The notes under the pieces are model-generated. The model worked only from the letters and a program-made list of their open reading frames with translations, did no database searches and was not told where the DNA came from. 32,000 nt of DNA from Kiritimatiella glycovorans (GTDB lineage: Bacteria; Verrucomicrobiota; Kiritimatiellia; Kiritimatiellales; Kiritimatiellaceae), in assembly GCF_001017655.1 (NCBI RefSeq), contig NZ_CP010904.1, forward strand, positions 1,740,001 through 1,772,000, given 5' to 3'. How positions within the stretch are numbered: position 1 is the stretch's first letter; every line of letters begins with the position of its first letter. The position numbers and the translations under genes were made by a program. Positions 1 to 8,609 of the stretch are shown here, piece after piece.

Positions 1-1
1 C

Positions 2-382
2 CTTCCACGCCTGCGTCCGGCGCTGCTCCCCTGGACCGCTTGGGCCGCCCTCGCCCGGATGAACTCTGATGAAGCGTTTTCGGCCCTCCACTGCGATTTT
101 ATCGAGGACGGCGAACACCTTAAGCACGATCAGCGGCTCGACATCCACCGCACGGGGTCGATGGCGCTGGGCGGAAAACGCGCCTTCCTGTGGGAGGAGC
201 GGGAACTGGACGCGGGCACGCTGCGCTCACCCTCCGAGGTGCGCGACGGCGGACGTGATCTGGAGGTAACCGCCTTCTGCCGCACGGGAGAAGGTTCCGT
301 TCCGACGTTCTACTGGATCGCGAAACGCGAGGGGCCGCTCTTCATGACGGCCGGAACCCACGCCTGGATCAGGGAAACATGA
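2..382 (+). CDS. 3' fragment of a gene starting upstream of the window; function unknown
   Basis: The frame is open from nt 2 with no stop before the TGA at 380-382. That stop overlaps the ATG of the next gene (ATGA), suggesting one operon. I recognise no family motif. Confidence 0.4.
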   Translation, partial: LPRLRPALLPWTAWAALARMNSDEAFSALHCDFIEDGEHLKHDQRLDIHRTGSMALGGKRAFLWEERELDAGTLRSPSEVRDGGRDLEVTAFCRTGEGSVPTFYWIAKREGPLFMTAGTHAWIRET

Positions 383-1740
383 ACACCACGACTGCATTGA
401 ATCATCACGGTGCGGCGTTATCCCGCCGGGGCTTTCTCGCCGGAACGGGCGCGGCGGCCCTCGCGGCCGGAGCGGCCGGCGGGGCGCCCTCTTTTACGGG
501 CACCCGCCGGGCCAATATCCTGCTGATCGTCTGCGATCAGCTCCGGCTCGACGCCATGTCCGCCTACGGGTGCACCGATGCGCGCACACCGAACCTCGAC
601 CGCCTCGTTCAGGGTGGCTTGTCGTTCACGAATCATTGCTGCACCAATCCGGTCTGCGGCCCCAACCGCAGCACGATCTTCACCGGACGCATGACCTGCG
701 AGACGGGCGTCATCCGCAACGGTCTTCCGATTCGAGACGGCATGCCGACCATGGGCGAGTGGTTCCGGCAGCAGGGCTACGAGACGATGTACTGCGGGAA
801 ATGGCATCTGCCGGAACCCTATACGCACCGGATTCCCGGATTCGACGTCCTTCCCGTCGGCCACGGCGAGGGCGACCTCGTCGATCCCTTCGTCTCGCGT
901 TCGGTATCGGCCTGGCTCAGGAACCGTCCCGTCCGCGCCAGCCAGCCCTTTCTGGTCGTGGCCGGCTTTCTACAGCCGCACGACATCTGCCACTGGAAAC
1001 TCAATGCGCGTCACTACATGAACGACCGCGTTCCGTTCGAGGGGCTGCGGGAGGCTATGCCGTCCCTGCCGCCCAACCTCCACCTCGTGCCTGAGATGCC
1101 GCGCCGGCTCGCGCAGCACAACCATCTCGAGGGGCTGACCGATCTCGACTGGACCCAGTACCGGCACGTCTATTTCCGCCAGGTGGAGATGCTCGACGCC
1201 GAAGTCGGGCGCCTGCTGGACGCGCTGGAGTCTTCCCCGCACGCGAAGGACACGATCGTCCTCTTCACCTCCGACCACGGCGAACACGCCGGCTGCCAGG
1301 AGAAGGTCACCAAGTGGACGCCCTTCGAGAGTTCGACGACCGTGCCGTATATCTGGTACGCGCCCGAACACCTGCCCGCCGGGGTCGTGGACCGCGAACA
1401 TCTCAGCTCGACGCTCGACCTGTTTCCAACCTTCTGCGGCGCGGCGGGGATCGCCCCGCCCGGCGGAGTCAACGGACAGAACCAGTTTCCCCTCGTGCAG
1501 GGCAACCCGATGGAATCGCGGGAGTTTGCGCCGGGCGAATTCCTGTTCGAAGGTCGCTACCTGCGGACGACGGAGTTCAAATACGCGCGCTACGGCGATG
1601 ACCCGGTCGAAATGCTCTTCGACCTGCGCAGTGATCCGCTGGAGACGAACAATCTCTACCGCGATCCGCAGTACGCCGAGACGCTGCGCGCACTGAGAAC
1701 CCTGCAGCAGGAATACGAAGCCGGACTGGACAAAGCATGA
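379..1740 (+). CDS. Sulfatase (S1 family, Cys-type formylglycine motif) with a twin-arginine leader
   Basis: N-terminus SRRGFLAGTGAAALAAG is Tat-like. LLIVCDQLR...TPNLDRL precedes the sulfatase signature C-G-P-N-R-S (CxPxR) in NPVCGPNRSTIFTGR. A later FTSDHGE metal/active-site block is present. Confidence 0.9.
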   Translation: MNTTTALNHHGAALSRRGFLAGTGAAALAAGAAGGAPSFTGTRRANILLIVCDQLRLDAMSAYGCTDARTPNLDRLVQGGLSFTNHCCTNPVCGPNRSTIFTGRMTCETGVIRNGLPIRDGMPTMGEWFRQQGYETMYCGKWHLPEPYTHRIPGFDVLPVGHGEGDLVDPFVSRSVSAWLRNRPVRASQPFLVVAGFLQPHDICHWKLNARHYMNDRVPFEGLREAMPSLPPNLHLVPEMPRRLAQHNHLEGLTDLDWTQYRHVYFRQVEMLDAEVGRLLDALESSPHAKDTIVLFTSDHGEHAGCQEKVTKWTPFESSTTVPYIWYAPEHLPAGVVDREHLSSTLDLFPTFCGAAGIAPPGGVNGQNQFPLVQGNPMESREFAPGEFLFEGRYLRTTEFKYARYGDDPVEMLFDLRSDPLETNNLYRDPQYAETLRALRTLQQEYEAGLDKA

Positions 1741-2303
1741 GTGCATGGTTCTTCATCACTCAGGCGTTCCTGGCGGTTTCGATCGCGGCGGGATCGCCGG
1801 TCGAGAACGGAAGTTTCGAGACCGACCGTTTCTCCCGGGCGCCGGGATATGCCGGCGGCGCCAACGGCGCCATGACAGGCTGGGAGACGGAGGGCCGCGC
1901 CGGCCTGAACCCGGTCGGCCGACAGCGGCCGTTCCACGACAACGGGCGGGTACCGCAGGGAAAACAGGTCGCCGTGATCCAGTCGGCCGGGGCGCTCCAT
2001 CAGACCGTGGACGGCCTTCAGCCCGATAAGAGATACCGTATACGCCTGCGGGCGAACGCGCGCTACTTTTACGCCGAGACCGAACCGGTCCTGGGGGTGG
2101 AGGTCGACGGCGCCGAAGTTATATCCCCGGTGAAGATTTCCCCCGTCGGCGACCGCCACGACTACCGGCCCCCCTTTCATCTTCTTATCAGCGAACCCTT
2201 TACCGCCCCCGCTTCCGGGAACGTGCGCCTTACGATCCGTTCGATTCGTGATGAAGAGTGCGCCCTGCTGATCGATGACGTGACCATCGAATCGCTGCCC
2301 TGA
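1737..2303 (+). CDS. Small secreted protein, galactose-binding-like/DUF642-like beta-sandwich (putative carbohydrate-binding accessory)
   Basis: ATGA start/stop overlap with the upstream sulfatase. Hydrophobic N-terminus. The pattern NGSFE...GW...G followed by a 'Y.I.L.A..R' block resembles CBM-like DUF642 proteins. The assignment is tentative. Confidence 0.5.
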   Translation: MSAWFFITQAFLAVSIAAGSPVENGSFETDRFSRAPGYAGGANGAMTGWETEGRAGLNPVGRQRPFHDNGRVPQGKQVAVIQSAGALHQTVDGLQPDKRYRIRLRANARYFYAETEPVLGVEVDGAEVISPVKISPVGDRHDYRPPFHLLISEPFTAPASGNVRLTIRSIRDEECALLIDDVTIESLP

Positions 2304-2309
2304 CTCGCC

Positions 2310-4847
2310 TCAGGCCGTTACGCGGAACGCGCCGCCGTTCGACCGGTGTTCCGCGCCGTCGGGCAGGATCACGCGCAGCGGGACGTCTTCCGGTCCGCGG
2401 ACCTGCAGATCCAGTCCGTCGTTTTCGACTTTCCAGGCCACCTCTACCCTGCCCCGCGGGGTGGTGACATGACCCGAGGCCGCGGTGAGGTGCAGGGGAT
2501 GCGGGGCGACCACGATCTCTTCAAACCCCGGCCGGCCCGCGCGGATGCCCAGCACGCCGCCGAGAAACTCGAGCAGCGGGAAGGCGCTCCAGGCGTGGCA
2601 GAGCGACCGCCAGTACGTCAACTCCTCCGCCCATGTGCTCAAGCCGCCGTCGATCATCTCGTTCCAGCGGTCGATGACCTCCGGGAAACGGTCGTAGTGA
2701 CCGGTCTCATGCAGCGCACGAATCAGGTAGTAACAGCCGAAAAAGGAAGCGGGGTCCAGGGAGTCGTCTGCGAGCATGCGATCCACCACCGTCTCCCGCA
2801 TCGCTTCGGGAACCGCGCCGGCCAGCAGTGCCCAGGCCTGGCCGTACCGGCTCGCGTCCGGTCCGCCGGGGCAGTCCTCGTAGACCCCGCGGTCGGCGTT
2901 CCAGAACAAATCATACACGGCGCCGGCGAGGTCTTCCGAACGACGATCGAGCGCATCGGCCCGCTCCGTTTCTCCGACCGCCCGTTCCAGGTCGGCCATC
3001 ACGCGCAGGGTGTAGACGTACTGGCTGCTGATGATACACGTCGGGCCGCGGTCCCAGCCGGGCGGCTGTCCGCGATCCCAGCGCGGCGACCAGTCCACGA
3101 TATTCCAGTGCGGGAGCCGCGACGGCAGACCGCGGTCGTCCGTGTGCCGTCCGAACCAGTCCATGATGGACCGCATCGCCGGCATGAGTTCGCGGATCGT
3201 GTCCGCATCCCCCGACCACTCGTAATAGTCGCCCGCCATCATGACGGTGTGGAGGCTCCACGACGGGATCACGACCGGGAGCGTGGAGGGATAGCGGCAC
3301 TGGGTGATGCCCTCGGCCGTAATCGACCAGGCAAAGTGGTGCAGCGCCTGGCGGCTGAGATCCGTCTTGCCGCCCGCCAGCATGTTGATCCGCGAGGTGA
3401 TCACGTTATCGCCGGGATACTGCATCTGTTCGTAATACGGACAGTCCTCGAACGTTTCATGCGCACACAGGCGGAAGGTTCGCCAGCTTATGTCCGCCAT
3501 CCGGTTGAATCGCTCGTCCGAACAGGTGAACGACCAGGCCTCGTCTTCGAACGGGTGAGCGCAGAAACGGTACCGCAGCCCCCCCATCGTCACGGGCTCC
3601 CCGCCCGTCTTCAGCGTCAGTTCGAGAAACTGGAAGGTGCGCCAGTGGAACGGCTCCCACCTCCGGGCCGCGCCATCCAGCGTGATCTCGTCGTACCACC
3701 CCGTCATCGTTCCGCGGTGATCGAACGTCCATCCCGTGGTCTCGTCGGCGTATCCGGTCGAGACGCCGGACATATCGACGGGCCGGCCGAGAATATTCGC
3801 GCCGGGCGTGGACCACGGCAGGCGCAGCGCCTCCGCATAGCGCAGGCGGACCGACGCCCCCTGCCCTCCCTCCGTCTCCAGCACCGGATACCCGGTCTGC
3901 AACGCGCCGGCGTCGAAGAGCACGGTGACCTCGCTGCGGGCGGGCACTTCCAGGGCCTCGCCCCCGGCGAACCGCCGCCAGGCCTCATCCGGCTCCTCAC
4001 CGCCCGGGAGAAAAACCTCGCCCGGCAGCCGCGGATCGCTCTCGAACATCGGCGCGGTCATTTCGGGAAGCAGCCCATAGGGCGAAGGCGCATCGCGCCG
4101 GTCGTCGAAGCGGGTGCCCGGATAGAGTTCACGCGCCGCGGCCCACTCGCCGTCGTCGAAGGAAGGCTGCGCCCAGCCCGCGGGTTCGGCACGGGCGTCG
4201 AAGCGCTCGAAATAGCCGACAAAACCGCCGTAAGGACACCCTTCGTTATGAAAGCTGAAGGCGCGATCGATATCCACCTTCCATTGCGCATCCGTATCGA
4301 GCCGCTCGATGTCCGCTCCGGATTCATCCGTGACCGCGCCTTCGAGGATCAGTCCTCCGGCGAAACTCATCACCGAACATGGCGCACCCAGCTCGGGCGG
4401 CCAGCAACGAACCGGCGACATATCCATGACCAGCGCGGCGATCACATTTCGCCCGGGCCGCAGGTGCGGGGTCAGGTCGAGTTCGCGATAGCACTGGTGA
4501 ACCACGTCGCCCTTTGCCGGCCCGCGGTCGACGGAGACGCCGTTGCAGTAGAGCCGGTAGCGGCTGTCAGCCGAGATCGCCGCCGCGCAGCGTTTACCCT
4601 CGACCGACTCCAGCTCAAACGTGCGGCGGAAGCGCCGCACCTCGTAGTGCGACGGCGATCCCTTTTCGGGGCGTTCGTGAATGCCTTCCCGCGACCAGAT
4701 CCACTGCGCGCGCCCGCTTCTGAAACACTCCCCCGCTGAATCTGCTCCGCCCATGTATTCCGTGACCCTCCGTGTTCGCTGCGCTTCGTGCGCAGACGGC
4801 AGGCGATCATCCACGACCCGCAGCTCCAGATCCATATCGGATTTCAT
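2310..4847 (-). CDS. GH78-like (alpha-L-rhamnosidase family) six-hairpin glycosidase, apparently cytoplasmic
   Basis: 845-aa ORF. The N-terminal pattern AQWIWS...FRRTFEL...ISADSRYRLYCNGVSVDRGP and the block FEDCPYYEQMQYPGD are typical of bacterial alpha-L-rhamnosidase-type proteins. No signal peptide is seen. Confidence 0.65.
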   Translation of the reverse strand: MKSDMDLELRVVDDRLPSAHEAQRTRRVTEYMGGADSAGECFRSGRAQWIWSREGIHERPEKGSPSHYEVRRFRRTFELESVEGKRCAAAISADSRYRLYCNGVSVDRGPAKGDVVHQCYRELDLTPHLRPGRNVIAALVMDMSPVRCWPPELGAPCSVMSFAGGLILEGAVTDESGADIERLDTDAQWKVDIDRAFSFHNEGCPYGGFVGYFERFDARAEPAGWAQPSFDDGEWAAARELYPGTRFDDRRDAPSPYGLLPEMTAPMFESDPRLPGEVFLPGGEEPDEAWRRFAGGEALEVPARSEVTVLFDAGALQTGYPVLETEGGQGASVRLRYAEALRLPWSTPGANILGRPVDMSGVSTGYADETTGWTFDHRGTMTGWYDEITLDGAARRWEPFHWRTFQFLELTLKTGGEPVTMGGLRYRFCAHPFEDEAWSFTCSDERFNRMADISWRTFRLCAHETFEDCPYYEQMQYPGDNVITSRINMLAGGKTDLSRQALHHFAWSITAEGITQCRYPSTLPVVIPSWSLHTVMMAGDYYEWSGDADTIRELMPAMRSIMDWFGRHTDDRGLPSRLPHWNIVDWSPRWDRGQPPGWDRGPTCIISSQYVYTLRVMADLERAVGETERADALDRRSEDLAGAVYDLFWNADRGVYEDCPGGPDASRYGQAWALLAGAVPEAMRETVVDRMLADDSLDPASFFGCYYLIRALHETGHYDRFPEVIDRWNEMIDGGLSTWAEELTYWRSLCHAWSAFPLLEFLGGVLGIRAGRPGFEEIVVAPHPLHLTAASGHVTTPRGRVEVAWKVENDGLDLQVRGPEDVPLRVILPDGAEHRSNGGAFRVTA

Positions 4848-4932
4848 ATTTCGGCTAATGGTTTAGAGGCAATCAGCTATCCGGGAATAAAGAGGGAACT
4901 ACCGGAATTTTAGTCCGCAAGGTATCATTTAA

Positions 4933-5046
4933 GGGCGCGATCTCCGGGCGCGCCGGCTTTGCGGACGGCCCGGAGGTCCGTCCCTACCTTCACGCACGGG
5001 TTCGGCTTGCGTCTCTCGGGTAGGGCGCGATCTCCGGACGCGCCGG
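4933..5046. repeat. GC-rich REP-like hairpin repeats (three stem-loops; 24-nt direct repeat with 1 mismatch)
   Basis: GGGCGCGATCTCCGGGCGCGCCGG (4933-4956) repeats as GGGCGCGATCTCCGGACGCGCCGG (5023-5046). Hairpins are GGCGCG-N9-CGCGCC at 4934-4954 and 5024-5044, and GGACGG-N9-CCGTCC at 4963-4983. All loops contain CCGG(A/G). Confidence 0.6.
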
Positions 5047-5069
5047 GTCGGACAGATTTCCATAAAAAT

Positions 5070-5402
5070 CTACTCAAGGACCAGAAAAGACTCGTCTGAG
5101 TCGGAAATAAACTCTTTGATCGCGTGTTCATGCGCAATCATTCGATCCAAAATCGTATTTGTGGAACAATTGCCGAAACGAACATGTACTACCTTGGGCG
5201 GATGCCCTTGCACCATCGAAAGATGCACGAAATCCGAATCCTTTGAGACGATGGTAAACCCATTCTTTGCCGCAAAGACCCAAATCGATTCATCCATTTC
5301 GCGCACAAGAGCAAAGTCCCTGATATGCTTCGATCCGGGAAATGAAACCGTCAACCGCTGCACCAGCTTGAATGACAGGTTCTGGTCAAACAGCAGCTTC
5401 AT
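5070..5402 (-). CDS. DUF5615-type PIN-like/Mut7-C-like putative toxin
   Basis: MKLLFDQNLSFKLV...FAAKNGFTIVSKDSDF is the typical DUF5615 pattern. The start at 5402 overlaps the stop of the upstream DUF433 gene (ATGA). The longer ORF-track start (5453) only adds a Gly-rich non-homologous extension. Confidence 0.7.
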   Translation of the reverse strand: MKLLFDQNLSFKLVQRLTVSFPGSKHIRDFALVREMDESIWVFAAKNGFTIVSKDSDFVHLSMVQGHPPKVVHVRFGNCSTNTILDRMIAHEHAIKEFISDSDESFLVLE

Positions 5403-5623
5403 GCCACCGCCGCAACCAGTCGCTTTTCCCTTGCCGCCGCGAAGGCCAGACACGCGCGTATATCTTCTTCCGTAAGCTCAGGGAAGTCGTTCAGAATCTC
5501 CTGAACGGTCATCCCGGAAGCAAGGTACTCCAGAACGTCTGTCACCGTAATCCGCATGCCACGGATACAAGGCTTACCACAGCGTTTGCCGGTTTCTATG
5601 GTGATGATCTTCGTATAATCCAT
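5399..5623 (-). CDS. DUF433 domain protein (putative antitoxin partner of DUF5615)
   Basis: MDYTKIITIETGKRCGKPCIRGMRITVTDVLEYLASGMTVQEILNDFPELTEEDIRACLAFAA matches the DUF433 pattern (G.P.I.G.RI.V..VL..L..G.s.eEIl..yP.Lt.edI.aal.yA). The start is taken at the ATG at 5623 rather than the ORF-track 5809. Confidence 0.7.
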   Translation of the reverse strand: MDYTKIITIETGKRCGKPCIRGMRITVTDVLEYLASGMTVQEILNDFPELTEEDIRACLAFAAAREKRLVAAVA

Positions 5624-5630
5624 ATCGTAA

Positions 5631-5660
5631 ATTCTACCTCGGCGACACCCCTGCGCGCAA
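5631..5660 (-). promoter_or_regulatory. Possible sigma70-like promoter of the TA pair (TTGCGC-N18-TAGAAT on the minus strand)
   Basis: On the minus strand, TAGAAT (5636..5631) lies 7 nt upstream of the DUF433 ATG and TTGCGC (5660..5655) lies 18 nt further up. This would give a near-leaderless mRNA. It is a pattern match only. Confidence 0.25.
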
Positions 5661-5943
5661 TCCCATTTTACGACCGCGGCGCAGCGGACAGGTCCTCTCC
5701 GCCCCACCCCCGGCCAGTATCCAGATCCCGTTCCACGCCATGGGCTACCGATCTGCCGAGCTGACGAGTACGAATTATGTTCACCCTTGCCCCCCGAACC
5801 CACCTTCATGCTCTTGATGGTGAACCCCGATCCCGGCAGCGAGCATTTCCATAACCGTACGGCCCTGAACTCTTGACTTGAGCTGTGGAAATACAGTGGG
5901 TAGTTTCACGGTTTGAGCACATTACCTGCGGGCGGGGGACAGC

Positions 5944-7101
5944 ATGCCGGGAACGAGAAAGGTGGCGGTGGTAGTGCCGTGGCACGGCTACGGAGCCCGG
6001 GTACTGGCCGGGATTTCGCGGTTCGCCCGGCAGCATCCCCAATGGGTGCTGCACCTCGTGCAGTCCGATTCGCCCGTCCTGTACGACGATCTCAAGGAAT
6101 GGCAGCCGGACGGGATCATCTCGAGCCTGCTCGATACGGCCGACCCCGTGGAGATCCCTCATTACCGGCGTCCCTGGGTATGCATTCTGGCCCGGCCGGA
6201 CGACCGGCGGCGGCCGTTTGTGACCATTGATGAAGACGCGGTGGGGAGAATGGCGGCGGAGTATTTCGCCGAGCGCGGGCTCCGGTCGTTCGCGTTCATC
6301 GGCAACCGGGAGCATGAGTTCTCCATCCAGCGTGCGGAGGCCTTCGAACACGCGCTCAATGAACAGGGATATGCGTGTGATACCTTTCTCTACCGCACCC
6401 GCTTCTACAGTCAGACCCGCCGGGAGCGGGTGAACATCGATCGGCGCAAACGTAAGTGGCTCGAACAAATGGAGAAACCAGCCGCGGTTTTCGCCTGCAA
6501 TGACTGGGAGGCCTTTCAGTTCATCCAGTTCTGCCGGCAGCAGGAATACCGCGTTCCGGAAGAATTCGCCGTCCTCGGCGCGGGAAACGACGAGATGCTC
6601 TGCCACGTCTGCAATCCCCCGATGTCGAGCGTCCGCATCCCCTTCGAGCGTGTAGGGTACGAGGCGGCGGAACTGCTCGACCAGCGACTCGATCAAAGAA
6701 AGCAGGAACAGCGCGGTCACGAGCTTCCGCCGATGGGACTGGTCAGCCGGCAGTCCACCGACGTCTTCCGTGTGGGGGACGCCGTGGTGGCCAAGGCGCT
6801 CGATTTCATCCGGGAACACCTCACCGAACCGATCAAGGTCGAGGATCTCCTGCGTCACGTCTTTGTGTCCCGCACCCTGCTTGAACGCAAATTCAAGACC
6901 GAGCTGGGCCGCACCCCGCTCGTCGAGATCCGCCGACAGCGGATCGTGCGCGCCCGGCAGCTTCTCGCGGACACCGACGAATCGATCCTGGAAATCGCCG
7001 AGAAGTGCGGCTTCAGCAGCGATATCCGCCTCAGCACCGTCTTCAAAGAGATCACCGGCCAGTCCCCCTCCCAGTACCGGCGGCGCGTCCGCGTCACGTA
7101 G
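5944..7101 (+). CDS. XylR-type transcriptional regulator (periplasmic-binding-protein-like sugar sensor domain + C-terminal AraC-family HTH)
   Basis: The N-terminal ~270 aa resemble LacI/PBP-like sugar-binding folds (VAVVVPWHGYGARVLAGISRFA..., ACNDWEAFQ). The C-terminus KALDFIREHL...VEDLLRHVFVSRTLLERKFK...GRTPLVEIRRQRIVRARQLLADTDESILEIAEKCGFSS...FKEITGQSPSQYRR is a classic AraC HTH. Confidence 0.85.
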   Translation: MPGTRKVAVVVPWHGYGARVLAGISRFARQHPQWVLHLVQSDSPVLYDDLKEWQPDGIISSLLDTADPVEIPHYRRPWVCILARPDDRRRPFVTIDEDAVGRMAAEYFAERGLRSFAFIGNREHEFSIQRAEAFEHALNEQGYACDTFLYRTRFYSQTRRERVNIDRRKRKWLEQMEKPAAVFACNDWEAFQFIQFCRQQEYRVPEEFAVLGAGNDEMLCHVCNPPMSSVRIPFERVGYEAAELLDQRLDQRKQEQRGHELPPMGLVSRQSTDVFRVGDAVVAKALDFIREHLTEPIKVEDLLRHVFVSRTLLERKFKTELGRTPLVEIRRQRIVRARQLLADTDESILEIAEKCGFSSDIRLSTVFKEITGQSPSQYRRRVRVT

Positions 7102-7206
7102 CATCGCTGAAAGCCGTCCACGGGAGAAGAGGACCAGTAGAGTAGAGAGGGAGCCACGGGATGAGAGGCGTATAGCCAATGACCGCGGACTGCCCTCCCC
7201 CTCGTC

Positions 7207-7239
7207 GAACCGGACATGCGGATTTCCCGCATCCGGCTC
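7207..7239 (-). ncRNA. Group II intron domain V (catalytic hairpin)
   Basis: The minus strand reads GAGCCGGAUGCGGGAAAUCCGCAUGUCCGGUUC. It has the AGC triad near the 5' end, a two-part stem with a bulge and a GAAA-type loop. It lies ~27 nt downstream of the IEP stop. Confidence 0.85.
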
Positions 7240-7265
7240 TCGCGGAAGGCATTTGTTGGATGGTT

Positions 7266-8609
7266 TCACAGGTAGATCAGTCCCATGTTCTTGAAATGCG
7301 CGTAGTAGCTCATACCTTCAGGGGGCCAGTAGCCGCGCTGACTGCGTCGTTTCGCATGTCGCGTGAGACGCTGTCGCACGTATCCATTGACGTGGCGGAA
7401 TGCCACACGCGGATAACCCAGCGAAAAGTAGTTTGCCCATCCTCGCATTTGCATGTTGAGTTCGTCGATCACCGTCGGCAGAGGTTTGAAGCATTGTTCC
7501 GGTCCGGTCATCTCCCGAAGCCGATCACGTTCCCGTTGGAGCGCTTTCCGCGACGGTGTCAGGTTCCAGTACCGGCACGGGCGTCCGCCGAGGTCCCGGT
7601 CATAGCGGAAGCTATATCCGAGAAAGTCCAGCGTCTGCCCCGGTTCCCGAGCATCGAGTATCCGGGTCTTGTCCCGGTTGATCTTCAGCCCGAGCCACCC
7701 TTCTATCTTGGCTTCGATGAACGCTTCGAGTTGCGGACCGATATACCGGGCGAGGACCACGAAGTCATCGGCGTACCTCACCAGTTTGGCCTTCGCCCAC
7801 CGTGCCGGTCCGTCTTTGCGGTAAAACACCGCATCGAACCAGTGCAGATAGATGTTGGCCAGAAGCGGCGAAATGACCCCGCCTTGCGGCGTGCCCTTGT
7901 CGTTGCGCTTCACGGTCGGCGGTTTGCCTTTCTCCGTTTCCTCTACCGGCGCTTTCAGCCACATTCGGATCAGCTTCAGCACGGACCGGTCGGTGACACG
8001 CATCTGCACACAAGCGATGAGCTTGTCGTGTGGAATACTGTCGAAATAGCCGGCCAGATCCGCATCATACACCGCACACCGCCCTTGCCGGAGCTCCTGC
8101 CCAATCGCCTTCAACGCATCATGCGCCGAGCGCTCAGGCCGGAACCCATGGGAGCAGTCCTTGAAGTCAGCTTCAAAGATCGGTTCCAATATCAGAACCG
8201 TAGCGGTCTGCACGACCCGATCCCGCACCGAGGGTATTCCCAAGGGACGGAGTTTCCCGTTCACCTTCTGGATGTAGACCCGCCGCACTTTTCCAGCACG
8301 GTAGGTTCGATCCTTCAGGCTGCGTTCAATATCCGCCAAGAAGGCTTCGACTCCTCCTTGACTCTGTTCGATGTCCTCGATGGTCACACCATCGGGGCCT
8401 TCTTTTCCGCCGTTAGCGCGTACATGTTTCCATGCCGCCAGCAGAGTGTCGGCCCGGCCAATGTGGCCATAGAGACTGTAGAAGCGAAACCGCTTCTCCT
8501 GTTTGGCCTTCTGACTCAGCTTCTGTCTCAGCGCGGCGAGTTTCGGCGGCAAGAGTCTGTCGTCAATGCGATAGTACTCCGTCGCTTCTTCTGTCATAGG
8601 TTTCACCAA
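7266..8609 (-). CDS. Group II intron-encoded reverse transcriptase/maturase (RT + X domains; no recognisable HNH endonuclease tail)
   Basis: RT blocks are [70 protein letters not shown] and the catalytic YADDFVVL. A maturase-like RGWANYF block follows, and the protein ends soon after it. Confidence 0.95.
   Translation of the reverse strand: MVKPMTEEATEYYRIDDRLLPPKLAALRQKLSQKAKQEKRFRFYSLYGHIGRADTLLAAWKHVRANGGKEGPDGVTIEDIEQSQGGVEAFLADIERSLKDRTYRAGKVRRVYIQKVNGKLRPLGIPSVRDRVVQTATVLILEPIFEADFKDCSHGFRPERSAHDALKAIGQELRQGRCAVYDADLAGYFDSIPHDKLIACVQMRVTDRSVLKLIRMWLKAPVEETEKGKPPTVKRNDKGTPQGGVISPLLANIYLHWFDAVFYRKDGPARWAKAKLVRYADDFVVLARYIGPQLEAFIEAKIEGWLGLKINRDKTRILDAREPGQTLDFLGYSFRYDRDLGGRPCRYWNLTPSRKALQRERDRLREMTGPEQCFKPLPTVIDELNMQMRGWANYFSLGYPRVAFRHVNGYVRQRLTRHAKRRSQRGYWPPEGMSYYAHFKNMGLIYL

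Noticed and set aside
2299-2314. CCTGA-N6-TCAGG palindrome spanning both convergent stop codons as a bidirectional terminator
   Set aside because: The stem is only 5 bp and largely the trivial consequence of TGA facing TCA. No flanking T/A tracts are present.
2346-4739. 797-aa + strand ORF
   Set aside because: It is fully antisense to the GH78-like gene. It is Arg/Pro/Ala-rich low-complexity with no recognisable motif. This is the typical stop-poor shadow frame of high-GC DNA.
5403-5809. Longer N-terminal extensions of the TA genes given by the ORF track (starts at 5453 and 5809)
   Set aside because: The extensions are Gly/Arg-rich and absent from the DUF5615/DUF433 family patterns. The internal ATGs give canonical N-termini (MKLLFDQNL, MDYTKII) and a 4-nt ATGA overlap.
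5806-7269. 487-aa - strand ORF
   Set aside because: It is antisense to the XylR-type regulator, which has clear AraC HTH motifs. It has no motifs of its own, so it is a shadow ORF.
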